This document shows positions 21,286 through 32,194 of a stretch of DNA of 64,000 nucleotides, one piece after another; position 1 is the first letter of the stretch; the number at the start of each line of letters is the position of its first letter. The notes beneath the pieces were generated by a model. It made no database searches, was not told where the DNA came from, and worked only from the letters and a program-made list of their open reading frames with translations. Both the position numbers and the translations under genes were made by a program. Origin of the DNA: Candidatus Cloacimonadales bacterium (GTDB lineage Bacteria; Cloacimonadota; Cloacimonadia; Cloacimonadales; DAONDQ01); the NCBI GenBank assembly GCA_963662275.1, contig OY759316.1, forward strand, positions 1,984,001 through 2,048,000, written 5' to 3'.

Positions 21286-22158
21286 TTACATCTTATTCAT
21301 CAGTTCATTGATGATTTTACATGACTGCTCTCGGGAAACGTTAGTCAAATGCACGTATACCATGGTCGCTCTAAGACTTTCGTGCCCGAGCAAGTCTTTG
21401 ATGATGATGATACTGACACCTGCTTCCAATAAATGTGTGGCATAAGAATGTCTGAGTGTATGACAGGTTACATGCTTAGGGATGCGTGTCTCCTTTAAGG
21501 CTGACTTCAGAGCTGACCGAAGAGTTTGGACAGAAATCTGGTTCGAGGTTGTCATTCTGTTAATATCAGCCTGTCTGGTGCTTCTGCTCGGGAATAAAAG
21601 CTGTCTGTTCTGATGGGTTTTCCAATATTCCCGGAGTTCCTGATACAATTTTTCAGGCAGAGGTATTGACCTGTCTTTGTTGCCTTTGGATTGCCTTACC
21701 GTGATGGTCATCAATTCCCGGTTGATATCGGCTATTTTAATCTTGACTGCTTCCGAAATCCTTAATCCGCATTGATAGGTAAGAGTCAGTAAGAGTCGAT
21801 AATCATAAGTATGAATGCGGGAGATAAGCATTCTAACTTCGTCTGTGGTCAGAATCACAGGAAGTTTGTGCTCAATCTTTGCCTTAAAAAAGGTAAAATC
21901 CTCTTGCCTGAAACCAACAACATGGATGAAAAAAAATCTGATGCCATAATAGGCTGATTTTAAACTCTGAGGACTATAATTCTTGACGTTATGCAGGTAG
22001 ACAAAATATGTTCTTACCTGTTCAATAGATAGTGTGCCGGGGTCTTGACCATAATATGATGCTAAAGAAGTGACTTGTCTGATGTAATTGTATTTTGTCT
22101 CTCGGGACACGCCTCGAAGATCAAGGCACTCTAAAAAGCGAACTTCGTATGATTCCAT
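21286..22158 (-). CDS. Tyrosine recombinase (integron-integrase-like N-terminal SAM domain)
   Basis: KLPVIL, YQCGLRISE, KG.KDR, HTLRHSYATHLLE, LLGH, TMVY catalytic R-K-H-R-H-Y set. Confidence 0.93.
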   Translation of the reverse strand: MESYEVRFLECLDLRGVSRETKYNYIRQVTSLASYYGQDPGTLSIEQVRTYFVYLHNVKNYSPQSLKSAYYGIRFFFIHVVGFRQEDFTFFKAKIEHKLPVILTTDEVRMLISRIHTYDYRLLLTLTYQCGLRISEAVKIKIADINRELMTITVRQSKGNKDRSIPLPEKLYQELREYWKTHQNRQLLFPSRSTRQADINRMTTSNQISVQTLRSALKSALKETRIPKHVTCHTLRHSYATHLLEAGVSIIIIKDLLGHESLRATMVYVHLTNVSREQSCKIINELMNKM

Positions 22159-23829
22159 ACTTACCTCCAGTTAATTTTGGGGGTAAGTATGCTTTTAGTG
22201 AGGGTTCAGTATATCAATAGTTTAAATGCATGAAACACGAGTTTACTGCGAACGGTACTGCTGCTTGCAGCTTCGTTCAACACTCCTGTTAAGAATACAG
22301 ATTTCTTAGCATTTGAATTAAAGTATGACGCATGTTCCTGGAAGAAGTCATTATATTTAGTATCCAAACTAACCTCCTGATCTTTGTTTGTTGGGAAATC
22401 TATACATTTTAATTCTTGCATAAAGAGAATGATTTGAAATGCTTTTAGCACAAGATGGTCGATGAATTCTCCTTTAGCAAATCTGGAAACGATCAATGAC
22501 ATGATTCTATGTGACAGATAATCATAATCATATTGCTTTTGCTGAAACGTACTTTGAACTATCTTAAGAAAAGCCTCAGTGTAATCACCTTCAATTCTGC
22601 TTTTAATCGGAAAGAAATCTTTTACAATTGAGTAGGTAAATTCAAGAGTTCCAGCTACTCCTTTTTCGTTAATGCCTTTAATATTCTTGAAAACAGAATG
22701 TTTTTCAGCTCGATCTTTTGCATTAAAAAGTGCTTTGAAGTGAGTTGGGAAAAGACCTTCAATCGATTCAAGAATAGAGAACTTAGCATTCTCTGCATCG
22801 AAAAAGAATATTGAATAATTTGCTCTGTTATTCAAATCTGACAAAAGATCAAAAACTTCATCTTCAATAGATGATACATTTACAATGTGTTTACGAGTCA
22901 TGTTCATCTGTCCAATTGATTTTCCGTTATCAGTGAAAAGCTCCAGAATTTGATTGTTAGCTTCCGATACTTTGAGAAACTCTGGTATAAGGTAATAATC
23001 AAGACCACAGAATTTATAATGAAGATAGCGATCATTGAACTGCTTTGCTCTTTCCAGCTTTAATGCACAATTCTCACAGACAGGATAGTTCTTCCAAGCT
23101 TCTTTGCGATTAAAACCGGATGCTAATGGAGCTAGTTCTGTTTTAGCTGTATAAAAATTATATGTGCTTACAAACCCCCAAACTTGAACAGAATCTCTAT
23201 GGCACAGACTACAGGTTTTATTATCTCCGATATAGACTTTATCTCCCAATGTGTAATAATCTTTGTTTCTATCTGTTATTGCTTGTTTTCGGATTTTATC
23301 GAAATCACCTGATTCTCCTATTGATTCATTGTTGATACGTATTGTAAGAATAAACAGGTCTTTCGTTTTTGAAAGGTGTTCATCAACCGATTTAGCTATA
23401 AAGCCAATATCACTCTGGATATAGTTGAAATAGGCTCTAATATCGGATCAATGCTGAGACAGTTTTTCCATATACGAAACCATTTACCTATTGCTTTAGT
23501 AGTTATCAACTGATCATCAGAATCATCAAGAAGGAAGTCTCTATCTGATACAAAGATAGTTGGGAAATCAGATACGCTGTTTGCTTGTGATCTTTTAAAA
23601 AACCACTTAGTTTGATTATCTTCTTTTTTATAATCATATAGATCAGAACCAGTAAATTGTATATTATCTTTCTCTATTTGGAAATTTAAGACAATCACCT
23701 TTTCTTTTCGATCTTCTAATTCCAATCCATAAGAATCATATTCTACTGAATCATTTGGTATAAATGGCTCAAGATTGATTAATTTCTGTATCATTCTTTC
23801 TCCTTCATCACAACAACTCTTAACAAGCA

Positions 23830-23955
23830 GAACAGACAGTAAGCTCGGCATCTTACTCCACTCAGACAGCAGGAACGGCGTCCTGCTCTACGACACAAAA
23901 CAGTAAGATCGGCATCTTACTCCACGCAGACAGCAGGAACGGAGTCCTGCTCTAC
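23830..23955 (-). repeat. REP cluster (alternating GTAGAGCAGGAC... and GTGGAGTAAGATGCCGA... hairpins) between cas6 and cas8b
   Basis: Four hairpin units; the first GTAG overlaps the cas6 TAG stop. Confidence 0.8.
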
Positions 23956-24614
23956 GACTCCTTCATCACAACACCGAACCCTCTAGCGCTTTGTTTTCCC
24001 AGACCAACAAAGTCAGGCAGGTCGAAGTTCATGACAAATTTCCCTTTAAAACCGAGCATTTTCTGATTTTTGAAATTCATCTGCGTTTCTTCAAAGAAGC
24101 CATCCACCTTTATTTGCTCAATATCAGGTATCTGATAGACAAAGCCTTTAGAGATGGTTTTCAGATTCTCTCTCAGTATGTGACGCAGGAACTTCTGACG
24201 TTCAATTGTATCTAATGATATATAGGTTTTGTGATTTTCTTCCTTCAGAGCCATCCAGGGGGACAGGAAAGAATACTTCTGATATGTTGATGTAGCACCA
24301 AAGTCATATTCGCCTAAAAATACTTCCCTATCATGGGCAGGATATATCGTCTGGTTGATTCTTATTTCATTTGTGCGAAAGAAGATGTCCTTGAGTATGT
24401 GAATGCCTTCATTCATCGCCATGAGAGCTGGATGGTTATCAATCATGCGATATTGTATGACCGGATATTTATAGGAAAACGTGTTATCGGGTAAGTGGTT
24501 ATGGAGTTGAGTATGCTCTGGAAATTGATGTGAGAACCAGCCGCGCAGCTTCGGTATATCCTGTGGCTGCAATTGAATATCCGTAAATTTCATGGTTAAG
24601 ATCGTTACTTTCAT
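23952..24614 (-). CDS. cas6: CRISPR-associated endoribonuclease Cas6 (Cas6b type)
   Basis: LHNH....F.Y.YP.IQY, F.SPWMAL, C-terminal GLGKQSARGFG G-rich loop. Confidence 0.9.
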   Translation of the reverse strand: MKVTILTMKFTDIQLQPQDIPKLRGWFSHQFPEHTQLHNHLPDNTFSYKYPVIQYRMIDNHPALMAMNEGIHILKDIFFRTNEIRINQTIYPAHDREVFLGEYDFGATSTYQKYSFLSPWMALKEENHKTYISLDTIERQKFLRHILRENLKTISKGFVYQIPDIEQIKVDGFFEETQMNFKNQKMLGFKGKFVMNFDLPDFVGLGKQSARGFGVVMKES

Positions 24615-24904
24615 CAGAACACCTTTCCTCTACATCAATATAGATGTTATTATGTTTGGTGATACTACCAAGATGAAGTTACACTTAATATTTACAGAAT
24701 ATCTAAAGGAAATTTAAATGTTTGTTGTCAATTGAAAAATTCAATTATTAGGTGTCCTTTCCAGTTTCTCACGATACTGTGTATGATACGTCATCTCTCC
24801 GAGATTCAGAGGGAAGCATGTCTGGGTTCATTTCACCGGATTAAAATCCAGTGTTAATATCTTTCTTCCCTCTGGGAATTTGGTTAAATGTAGACTTACT
24901 TTAC

Positions 24905-25105
24905 TACCGCGTAAATGCGGAGCTACTATAAGAATGATCGGCATCCTACTCTACAACCGCGTAAATGCGGAGCTACTCATAAGAATGAACGTCGTCCTAC
25001 TCTTCAACCGAGTAAATGCGGAGCTACTCATAAGAATGAACGTCGTCCAATTCTTCAACCGCGTAAATGCGGAGCTACTATAAGAATGAACGACGTCCTA
25101 CTCAA
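24905..25105 (-). repeat. 4 x ~51-bp tandem units containing the REP GTAGCTCCGCATTTACGCGGT
   Basis: Tandem near-identical units directly after the stop of the 25112-30244 gene; same REP at 53390-53470. Confidence 0.85.
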
Positions 25106-25111
25106 CTTCTT

Positions 25112-28100
25112 CTATTTCAAAACGATCATTTTCCTTGTGCTATGATAGCTGCCTGATTGCATCTTATACAGATATATACCGGACGGCAACGTATTCCCAT
25201 TATCATCTTTTCCATTCCAACTGATACTTTGGGTACCGGAGAATCTTTCGTTATTAACAATTGTCGCCACTTTCTGACCCCTGATATTATATACTTCAAT
25301 GGTAACAGGTTTGCTGGATTTTGCAGCAAAACGAATTGCTGTTGAACCAGTGAAAGGATTTGGCACATTTCCAAAGAGAACAGGTACTGAAACCTGGGCA
25401 ATCTGATCATCATTGTCAACCGGGAAATCAACCAAATCACGGGCTGTAATCTCAAAAACCGTATCATACGGAAATGCGATGGCTGTGATTGGACCAGGGA
25501 TTGCTGGAATTGTCGTTCCGATATAATCTGATTCCTGGAAACTAGTCCTGAAAATGATGCTGGCTCCACTTTCATCAGTAACCGTATAATTTCTGCCATA
25601 CACGAAAAGACCCCCTGTCGTATCAGGGAGGAAACTTGCATTTGCAATACGGATCAGTTCCTGGCTGTAATTATTGAAGTTTGTGTTCAGTTCTGCGATT
25701 GTTACTGTTTGTGGTTCAATGAAATGCCCTTGAGATGTGGGTTGCCCCGGATCCTGGACAGGTACGAATTCAAATTGAGCATGATAAATCATCAATTTGC
25801 CTGTAATATTAGTCAATCCATCTCCACGAAGGTATTGAGTTGTGATATGACCGTTTGGATCATCAATCATAATACCCGCTGTGTTATCCTGGATATATTT
25901 CTGATTTCTAGCAGTACGTAAGTATGTAATCCAGGCTTCTCCAGTTAGACGATATACTGTCATATTATCTGCAAATTGGGTTCTCAGGGTTGCTAAATCA
26001 GCAACATCAATTGGGTTAGTCGATTGAAAATCAGCCAGGTAACGAGCAGCTATCTGGTTAACAGTGTCGTAGGGGAGAGCTATAGCAACAATACTGGTTT
26101 GTGTTGTTGGAATCAATGTACCTATGTAATCAGACTCAACAAAGTTGGTTCTGAATATGATCGTCCCGCCACTATTGTCAGTGATAGAATAACTCCTGCC
26201 GTTCAGGAATATACCCCCTGTAGTATCAGGGAGGAAACTTGCATTTGCAATACGGATCAGTTCCTGGCTATAATTATTGAAGTTAGTGTTCAGTTCTGCG
26301 ATTGTCACTGTTTGTGGTTCAATGACATGCCCATGAGATGAAGGCTGACCCGGATCAAGGACTGGTATGAATTCGAATTGGGCATGATATAGCATTAGCT
26401 TACCCTGGAGGTTCGTGATGCCATCACCACTTGAATAAGGTGTGGTTATGATACCTAATGGGTCGTCAATTAAAATCCCACCTGTATTATCCTGGATATA
26501 TTTCTGATTTCTTGCTGCACGTAAGTATGTAATCCAAGCTTCTCCGGTAAGACGATAGATGGTAGTATTATCAGCGACCTGTGCTCTTAGGGTTGCCAAA
26601 TCTGCTACTTCAATTATTGGTATTACTGGAATTAAAGAGAATGTACTATCTGATAAGTCAACAGCAATGCTATTAGGTCCGGATATGCGAATTGTATAAT
26701 CAGAACCCAGTATGAGATTCGCTGCAATATTCCACATCCATGAACCAGTGTTTTCTACGGATTCAACTAAGGTAATAGCATTAGTATCACTAATCAATTC
26801 GATTTTCACATTTCCAGTAAAATTGGCATGTGTCCACGTTATCGGGTGATTAGTTCCTAAATGCCACTGTTCTCCGCCATTGGGTGAAGAAATTACAATA
26901 ATAGGATCTGTTGTTCCACCAATAAAAGTGTGTAACCCTAAATTTGTAAAAGTGTTTACTGAATATTCTGACCATTCATTGACATCCCATACAAGCCTGG
27001 GTATATAAACGGTTGCATTGCGAATAAGAGTCTTGTCTGTACCCCAGAAAAGCGTGGGTTGATCTACAACACCTACCACATCAAGAAGCGCACCATTCTT
27101 ACATAAGGCAACGCAATCATTACCATTGAAAGCCAGGACAAAGGTCGTTGTTACTAAATCGACATAAGGCTGACCTTCAAGAGAAGTACCGGATGTACCG
27201 CTAAATACAACAACATAACAATCATTATCACTCAAAATCCCTGATAGAGCAAGTTCCTCACCAAACATACCTGCACCATTCGTTTGTTTCTTCAGCGAAT
27301 ATTGAGATAAATCAACCGGAGCACCGGTTCCATTGAAGATTTCAATGGCTTTCTGATTAGAAGTTCCTTCTACATATTCAGATATGAATAAATCGGTGGC
27401 ATGTCCCGGATTATCAACCTGTCCGAAATCAGCTAAGTCACGTGCAGATATTTGGAGCATTGTATCATAAGGAATAGCAATCGCTGTAATTCTTTTAGGT
27501 ACAGTTGGTATTTGCGTGCCGATATAATCAGATTCAGGGAAGGAAGTTCTAAAAATGAATGAACCACCGTTGTTATCAGTGATATCATAACTCCTGGATG
27601 CTAGAAAAATACCTCCAGTTGTATCAGCAAGGAAACTTGCGCTGGAAAGAACAATCAATTCCTGACTATAATTATTGAAATTTGCTGTCAGTTCAGCAAG
27701 TGTCACTTCTTGAGGTGCGATAAAGTTATGGGATGTAATTAGACCAGGATCCTCGACAGGAATGAACTCATATTGAGCATGATAAATCATGAGTGTACCC
27801 TTCAGATTTGTCATGCCATCACCACGAGTGTATGGTGTTGTAATTATAGCATTTGGATCATCTATCAAAATCCCGCCCGTATTATCTTGGATATACTTTT
27901 GATTTCTCGCTGTACGGGCATATGTGACCCAAGCTTCACCTGTAAGACGATAAATTGTCAGGTTATCAGCAGGCTGAGTTCTCAGATCTGCTATGTTTGG
28001 GACATCAATCATCGTGACAGCGGGAAGCAGGGAGAATGTGGTATCTGACATATCCGCAGGTGTACCATTCGGACCGGAGACACGGATTAAGTAATTAGAT

Positions 28101-30244
28101 CCCAATGGAAGATTGTTTGAAACATTCCATGTCCATGAACCTGTATTTTCCGTTGATTCAATTAATGTTATGGTTGTTGTATCATTCATCAGTTCAATTT
28201 TTACGTTACTTGTAAAATTGGCATGTGCCCAAATTATCTGATGATTACTTCCTACATTCCACTGCTCTGCTCCATTTGGAGAAATAACACTAACCAATGG
28301 TTCCGTTGTTCCACCAGTAAAAAAATGAAGCCCTAAGTTTGTAAAAGTATTCACAGGGTAGGTTGTCCATTCAGCAGGATCCCAAATGATTCTAGGCATA
28401 AATACATCAGCATTGCGGACAAGCGTCATATCCGTACCCCAGAATGGTGAGGGTTGATCTATGATACCGACAACATCCAGAAGATTTCCATTCTTACATA
28501 AAGCTACACAATCGTTTCCATTGAATGTCAAAGCCCAGATAGTTGTCACTAAATCGACATAAGGCTGACCTTCAAGAGGACCACTAAGCACAATTACATA
28601 ACAATCATTGTTATCCAGAATACCGGATAAAACTAGTTCTTCTCCAAACTCACCGACTCCATTTGTTTGTTTCTTCAGCGAGTATTGAGATAAATCAACG
28701 GGAGCACCGGTTCCATTGAAAATTTCAATGGCTTTCTGATTTCCAGTTCCTTCAACATATTCTGAGATAAATAAGTCTGTGGCATGACCTTCGTTATCAA
28801 CAGGTCCAATATCAGCTAAGTCACGAGACGATATTTGGAGAGTTGCATTATATGGTATTGCAATAGCAACAATATTTTTGGGTGAAGTAGGTATTGCAGC
28901 ACCTATGTAATCTGCTTCAGAGAAGTTTGTTCTGAATATTATAGTGCCTGAACTTGGATCAGTAATATTGTAACTTGAGGCACTAGCGAAAATCCCCCCT
29001 GTTACATCAGGTAGGAAGGTGACGTTGTTGATTCGGATCAATTCCTGGTTATAATTTTCAAAATTTGCAGTTAATTCCGCAAGAGTGATAGTTTGTGGTT
29101 GTACTACATGATTTTGCGAAGTTGGGGGACCAGGATCCAGGATTGGAACAAATTCATATTGAGCGTTATAAGTCACTAGAGTACCCTTAAGGTTTGTCAG
29201 TCCATCACCGCGTAAATAAGTTGTTGAAATAATACCGTTTGGATCATCAATCAGTATACCTGCGGTATTATCCTGGATATATTTTTGGCTTCTTGTCGTA
29301 CGGGTAAATGTAACCCACGCTTCTCCAGTAAGACGATAGATAGTTAAGTTATCAGCAGCGTGTGTTCTGAGTGCTGCCAAGTTTGGGACATCGATAGTCT
29401 GGATAGCTGCAATCAGGGAGAATGGACTATCGGACATATCCGACGGTGTACCATTTGGACCAGAAATGCGTATTTTATAGTTAGAACCCAGTGTCAGATC
29501 AGAGGCTATACTCCAAATCCAAGAACCTGTATTCGGAGCAGATTCAACTAATGTGGTGGGTATTGTACCATTCATTAATTCAATTTTCACATCACCGGTA
29601 AAATTAGAATGAGCCCAGTTTATCTGATGACTCGTCCCTAAATTCCAGGATTCACCACCATTCGGAATAGAAACCGAAATCACGGGGTCAGTAGTTCCAC
29701 CAGTAAATGTATGATTTCCTAGAAACGAGAATGTGTTCACAGGATAGGTAGTCCATTCAGTGGTAACCCAAACAACAGTTGGCATAAATACTTCTGCATT
29801 ACGAACAAAAGTGATATCGAAACCCCAGTTAGGTGTGATTTGATCAATTATACCTACAACATCAAGTAAAGCACCATTTTTGCAGAGAGCAACGGCGTCG
29901 TTACCATTGAAAGCACAGACAAAGCTTGTTGTTGCTAAATCAACATAAGGCTGACCGACAAGAGTGGTTCCGGTTGAACTAAAGCAAATAACAAAACAAT
30001 CATTATTAGCCAAAGTACCTGAAAATACAAGTTCAGTTCCGAAAGCACCGGTACCATTGGTTTGTTTCATTAGCGAATACTGCGATAAGTCAACTGGAGC
30101 GCCGGTTCCATTAAAGATTTCAATGGCTTTCTGATTTGACGTTCCTTCGACATATTCTGATATGAATAAATCGGTGGCTTGAGCCAGGATAAGAGTAGAC
30201 ATAGTGTACAACAAAACGCAAAGTAGAAAAGTTCTCATGTTCAT
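25112..30244 (-). CDS. Large secreted modular protein: 3 x [lamin-tail domain + Ig-like + OB-fold-like region], an extra OB-like region, FlgD-Ig/T9SS-like CTD
   Basis: Three ATDLFISEYVEG...KAIEIFNGTG modules; PNGGE.W..G..H.I.W Ig domains; repeated YRLTGEAW...QKYIQDNT.GI.IDDP. Confidence 0.85.
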   Translation of the reverse strand: MNMRTFLLCVLLYTMSTLILAQATDLFISEYVEGTSNQKAIEIFNGTGAPVDLSQYSLMKQTNGTGAFGTELVFSGTLANNDCFVICFSSTGTTLVGQPYVDLATTSFVCAFNGNDAVALCKNGALLDVVGIIDQITPNWGFDITFVRNAEVFMPTVVWVTTEWTTYPVNTFSFLGNHTFTGGTTDPVISVSIPNGGESWNLGTSHQINWAHSNFTGDVKIELMNGTIPTTLVESAPNTGSWIWSIASDLTLGSNYKIRISGPNGTPSDMSDSPFSLIAAIQTIDVPNLAALRTHAADNLTIYRLTGEAWVTFTRTTRSQKYIQDNTAGILIDDPNGIISTTYLRGDGLTNLKGTLVTYNAQYEFVPILDPGPPTSQNHVVQPQTITLAELTANFENYNQELIRINNVTFLPDVTGGIFASASSYNITDPSSGTIIFRTNFSEADYIGAAIPTSPKNIVAIAIPYNATLQISSRDLADIGPVDNEGHATDLFISEYVEGTGNQKAIEIFNGTGAPVDLSQYSLKKQTNGVGEFGEELVLSGILDNNDCYVIVLSGPLEGQPYVDLVTTIWALTFNGNDCVALCKNGNLLDVVGIIDQPSPFWGTDMTLVRNADVFMPRIIWDPAEWTTYPVNTFTNLGLHFFTGGTTEPLVSVISPNGAEQWNVGSNHQIIWAHANFTSNVKIELMNDTTTITLIESTENTGSWTWNVSNNLPLGSNYLIRVSGPNGTPADMSDTTFSLLPAVTMIDVPNIADLRTQPADNLTIYRLTGEAWVTYARTARNQKYIQDNTGGILIDDPNAIITTPYTRGDGMTNLKGTLMIYHAQYEFIPVEDPGLITSHNFIAPQEVTLAELTANFNNYSQELIVLSSASFLADTTGGIFLASRSYDITDNNGGSFIFRTSFPESDYIGTQIPTVPKRITAIAIPYDTMLQISARDLADFGQVDNPGHATDLFISEYVEGTSNQKAIEIFNGTGAPVDLSQYSLKKQTNGAGMFGEELALSGILSDNDCYVVVFSGTSGTSLEGQPYVDLVTTTFVLAFNGNDCVALCKNGALLDVVGVVDQPTLFWGTDKTLIRNATVYIPRLVWDVNEWSEYSVNTFTNLGLHTFIGGTTDPIIVISSPNGGEQWHLGTNHPITWTHANFTGNVKIELISDTNAITLVESVENTGSWMWNIAANLILGSDYTIRISGPNSIAVDLSDSTFSLIPVIPIIEVADLATLRAQVADNTTIYRLTGEAWITYLRAARNQKYIQDNTGGILIDDPLGIITTPYSSGDGITNLQGKLMLYHAQFEFIPVLDPGQPSSHGHVIEPQTVTIAELNTNFNNYSQELIRIANASFLPDTTGGIFLNGRSYSITDNSGGTIIFRTNFVESDYIGTLIPTTQTSIVAIALPYDTVNQIAARYLADFQSTNPIDVADLATLRTQFADNMTVYRLTGEAWITYLRTARNQKYIQDNTAGIMIDDPNGHITTQYLRGDGLTNITGKLMIYHAQFEFVPVQDPGQPTSQGHFIEPQTVTIAELNTNFNNYSQELIRIANASFLPDTTGGLFVYGRNYTVTDESGASIIFRTSFQESDYIGTTIPAIPGPITAIAFPYDTVFEITARDLVDFPVDNDDQIAQVSVPVLFGNVPNPFTGSTAIRFAAKSSKPVTIEVYNIRGQKVATIVNNERFSGTQSISWNGKDDNGNTLPSGIYLYKMQSGSYHSTRKMIVLK

Positions 30245-30333
30245 CTTACCTCCAATATTAGTTTATTACTAAGTGATAGAAGTAAAAAATACTATTTATT
30301 AATGTCAATTTATAATTATCAATAAAAGTAAAA

Positions 30334-30365
30334 AAAAAAACGGCAGGATAACCTGCCGTTTTTTT
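30334..30365 (-). terminator. Intrinsic terminator (CGGCAGG-ataa-CCTGCCG, A/T tracts on both sides)
   Basis: GC stem directly after the 30380-32176 gene stop. Confidence 0.85.
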
Positions 30366-30379
30366 AAATGTATGAATTC

Positions 30380-32176
30380 TTACTTCATAAGAATCATTTT
30401 CTTAGTGCTACTATAGCTGCCTGATTGCATCTTATAAAGATAGACGCCTGAAGGAAGCTTGTTGCCATTATTGTCAGTCCCATTCCAATTGATGCTCTGT
30501 AAGCCATTTGAACGTTCGTTATTCACAACTGAAGCAACTTTCTGTCCTTTCACATTGAAAACTTCTATAGAAACAGGATTGTTTGATTTTGCATCAAAAC
30601 GAATTGAAGTAGAACCCATGAAAGGATTAGGAACGTTATTATAAAGGACAGGTGTTGAAACCTGAGCAATTGGATCTTCATTAGCAATAACATAATCGAA
30701 ATCAGCAAGATTACGAGCTGATATCTGCATAGCGGCATCATATGGTATTGCGATAGCTGCTATATTTTTGGGTGTAGTCGGAATAGCTGCACCGATATAA
30801 TCTGCTTCAGAGAAGTTTGCTCTGAAGATCATTGTTCCAGAACTTGGGTCTGTGATATTATAATTAATGAGAGTTGCGAAAACACCGCTTTCAACGAAGC
30901 TTACATTCGAAATGTAAACCAATTGTTGGCTGTAAGCAGGAAAATTGGTTGATAATTCAGTTAGTGTAACTGGTATTGGTTGCACAATATGGTTATGTGA
31001 GGTAGGCTGACCCGGATCCTGGACAGGAATAAATTCGAACTGAGTATGATATAGTACCAAAGTACCTTTTAGGTTAGTCATACCGTCATTACGAACGTAA
31101 GGAGTTGTAATTATGCCGGAAGGGTCATCAATAAGAATACCGGCAGTGTTATCCTGGATGTACTTTTGGCTTCTGGATGTGCGTGCAAGTGTGATCCAAG
31201 CTTCACCTGTCAAACGATACACAGTAGTACCATCGGTTGCCTGTGTTCTTAAGGTTGCGATATCAGGGACATCAATGACAGCAACAGCAGGGATTATGGA
31301 GAATGGATTATCAGAAAGATCCGTAGGTGTACCGCCTGGACCTGAAATACGGATTTTATAGTTGGTACCTGTAGCAATTTCGGATGGAATTGCCCAAGCC
31401 CATAAGCCAGTATCTTCTGTAGATTCAACTAATGTAGTAGGTGTAGTGCCATTTAATAACTCAATTTTTACATTTCCTGTAAAATTAGCATGAGTCCAAG
31501 TAATCTGATGAGAAGTTCCTACATTCCATTGTTCGCCACCCATTGGAGAGGTAACCATGATCAACGGATCAGTTGTTCCACCTGTAAATTCATGAGAACC
31601 AAGATAAGTAACAGTATCCTGCTCATAAACTATCCATTGAGAATTCCCTGCATCTGTACCGGCGGAAGCAGTCCAACTGGTAGTAGGAGTAAAGACTTCA
31701 GGTTTTCTAACGATTGTGTGATTTAACATAGCGCCAGTAGTACCAGCGACATCCCATCCGGCTGCTCCAGGATCAGTTCCCTGCAGACCGACTGTATCAA
31801 TCAACTGTCCATTCTTAAAAAGACCCACAGCATCATTACCATTATAATATGTGACAGTGCTGGTTGTGTCTGCAACTGCTAAAATCGAAGCATTTGCACC
31901 GGCATTTGCGATAATAAATACATCATTGTTTGCAAGAGTACGTGTAGAGGTTAACGTGGTACTCCATGAACCACCATTAGGAGCGAGCCTGACTGAGTAT
32001 TGACTTAAGTTGACAGGTGCACCAGTACCATTGAAAATCTCGATAGCTTTATTATTGCTTGAACCTTCGAGATATTCGGATATAAATAAATCAGTTGCTT
32101 GAGCCATAACAAGGGTTGCCATACTCATTAACAAAATGCTAAGTAATAACGTTCTAATTTTCATTCTTACCTCCAA
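30380..32176 (-). CDS. Secreted lamin-tail/Ig/OB-like protein, single-module paralog of 25112-30244
   Basis: Same domain order; CTD 'NNVPNPF...KKMILMK'; real start probably the ATG ~12 nt inside, after GGAGG. Confidence 0.85.
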   Translation of the reverse strand: MEVRMKIRTLLLSILLMSMATLVMAQATDLFISEYLEGSSNNKAIEIFNGTGAPVNLSQYSVRLAPNGGSWSTTLTSTRTLANNDVFIIANAGANASILAVADTTSTVTYYNGNDAVGLFKNGQLIDTVGLQGTDPGAAGWDVAGTTGAMLNHTIVRKPEVFTPTTSWTASAGTDAGNSQWIVYEQDTVTYLGSHEFTGGTTDPLIMVTSPMGGEQWNVGTSHQITWTHANFTGNVKIELLNGTTPTTLVESTEDTGLWAWAIPSEIATGTNYKIRISGPGGTPTDLSDNPFSIIPAVAVIDVPDIATLRTQATDGTTVYRLTGEAWITLARTSRSQKYIQDNTAGILIDDPSGIITTPYVRNDGMTNLKGTLVLYHTQFEFIPVQDPGQPTSHNHIVQPIPVTLTELSTNFPAYSQQLVYISNVSFVESGVFATLINYNITDPSSGTMIFRANFSEADYIGAAIPTTPKNIAAIAIPYDAAMQISARNLADFDYVIANEDPIAQVSTPVLYNNVPNPFMGSTSIRFDAKSNNPVSIEVFNVKGQKVASVVNNERSNGLQSINWNGTDNNGNKLPSGVYLYKMQSGSYSSTKKMILMK

Positions 32177-32194
32177 GGTGAGCTTAATCTATTG

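Larger units (their letters stand above)
19831..22282 (-). mobile_element. Two-gene element: tyrosine recombinase + IS91-like Y2 HUH transposase (copy 1), inside cas8b
   Basis: Boundaries set by cas8b reconstruction and by comparison with copy 2; AACA core at both junctions (19831-34, 22279-82); no long terminal IRs. Confidence 0.92.
19524..23794 (-). pseudogene. cas8b: Type I-B Cas8b (Csh1-like), disrupted by a 1-bp frameshift (~23428) and by the element at 19831-22282
   Basis: Position between cas6 and cas7; CSLC / YPVCENC motifs; removing the element rejoins SVFLTGVL|CQHLMDI...PFRSKL in frame; adding one T at CCTATTTCAAC joins the N-terminal ORF to the rest. Confidence 0.9.

Noticed and set aside
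21286..22158. Integron integrase with a cassette array
   Set aside because: The 290-aa protein shows no obvious IntI-specific insertion, no attC cassette array is adjacent, and it travels with the HUH gene in both copies.
23795..24900. creTA/CreR-like mini-array around cas6
   Set aside because: I found no degenerate copy of the CRISPR repeat by eye; the cas6-cas8b gap is filled by REP units. A sensitive search could still be run.
24880..25145. Short ORFs with NRVNAELL repeats
   Set aside because: Artefacts of the 51-bp REP tandem.
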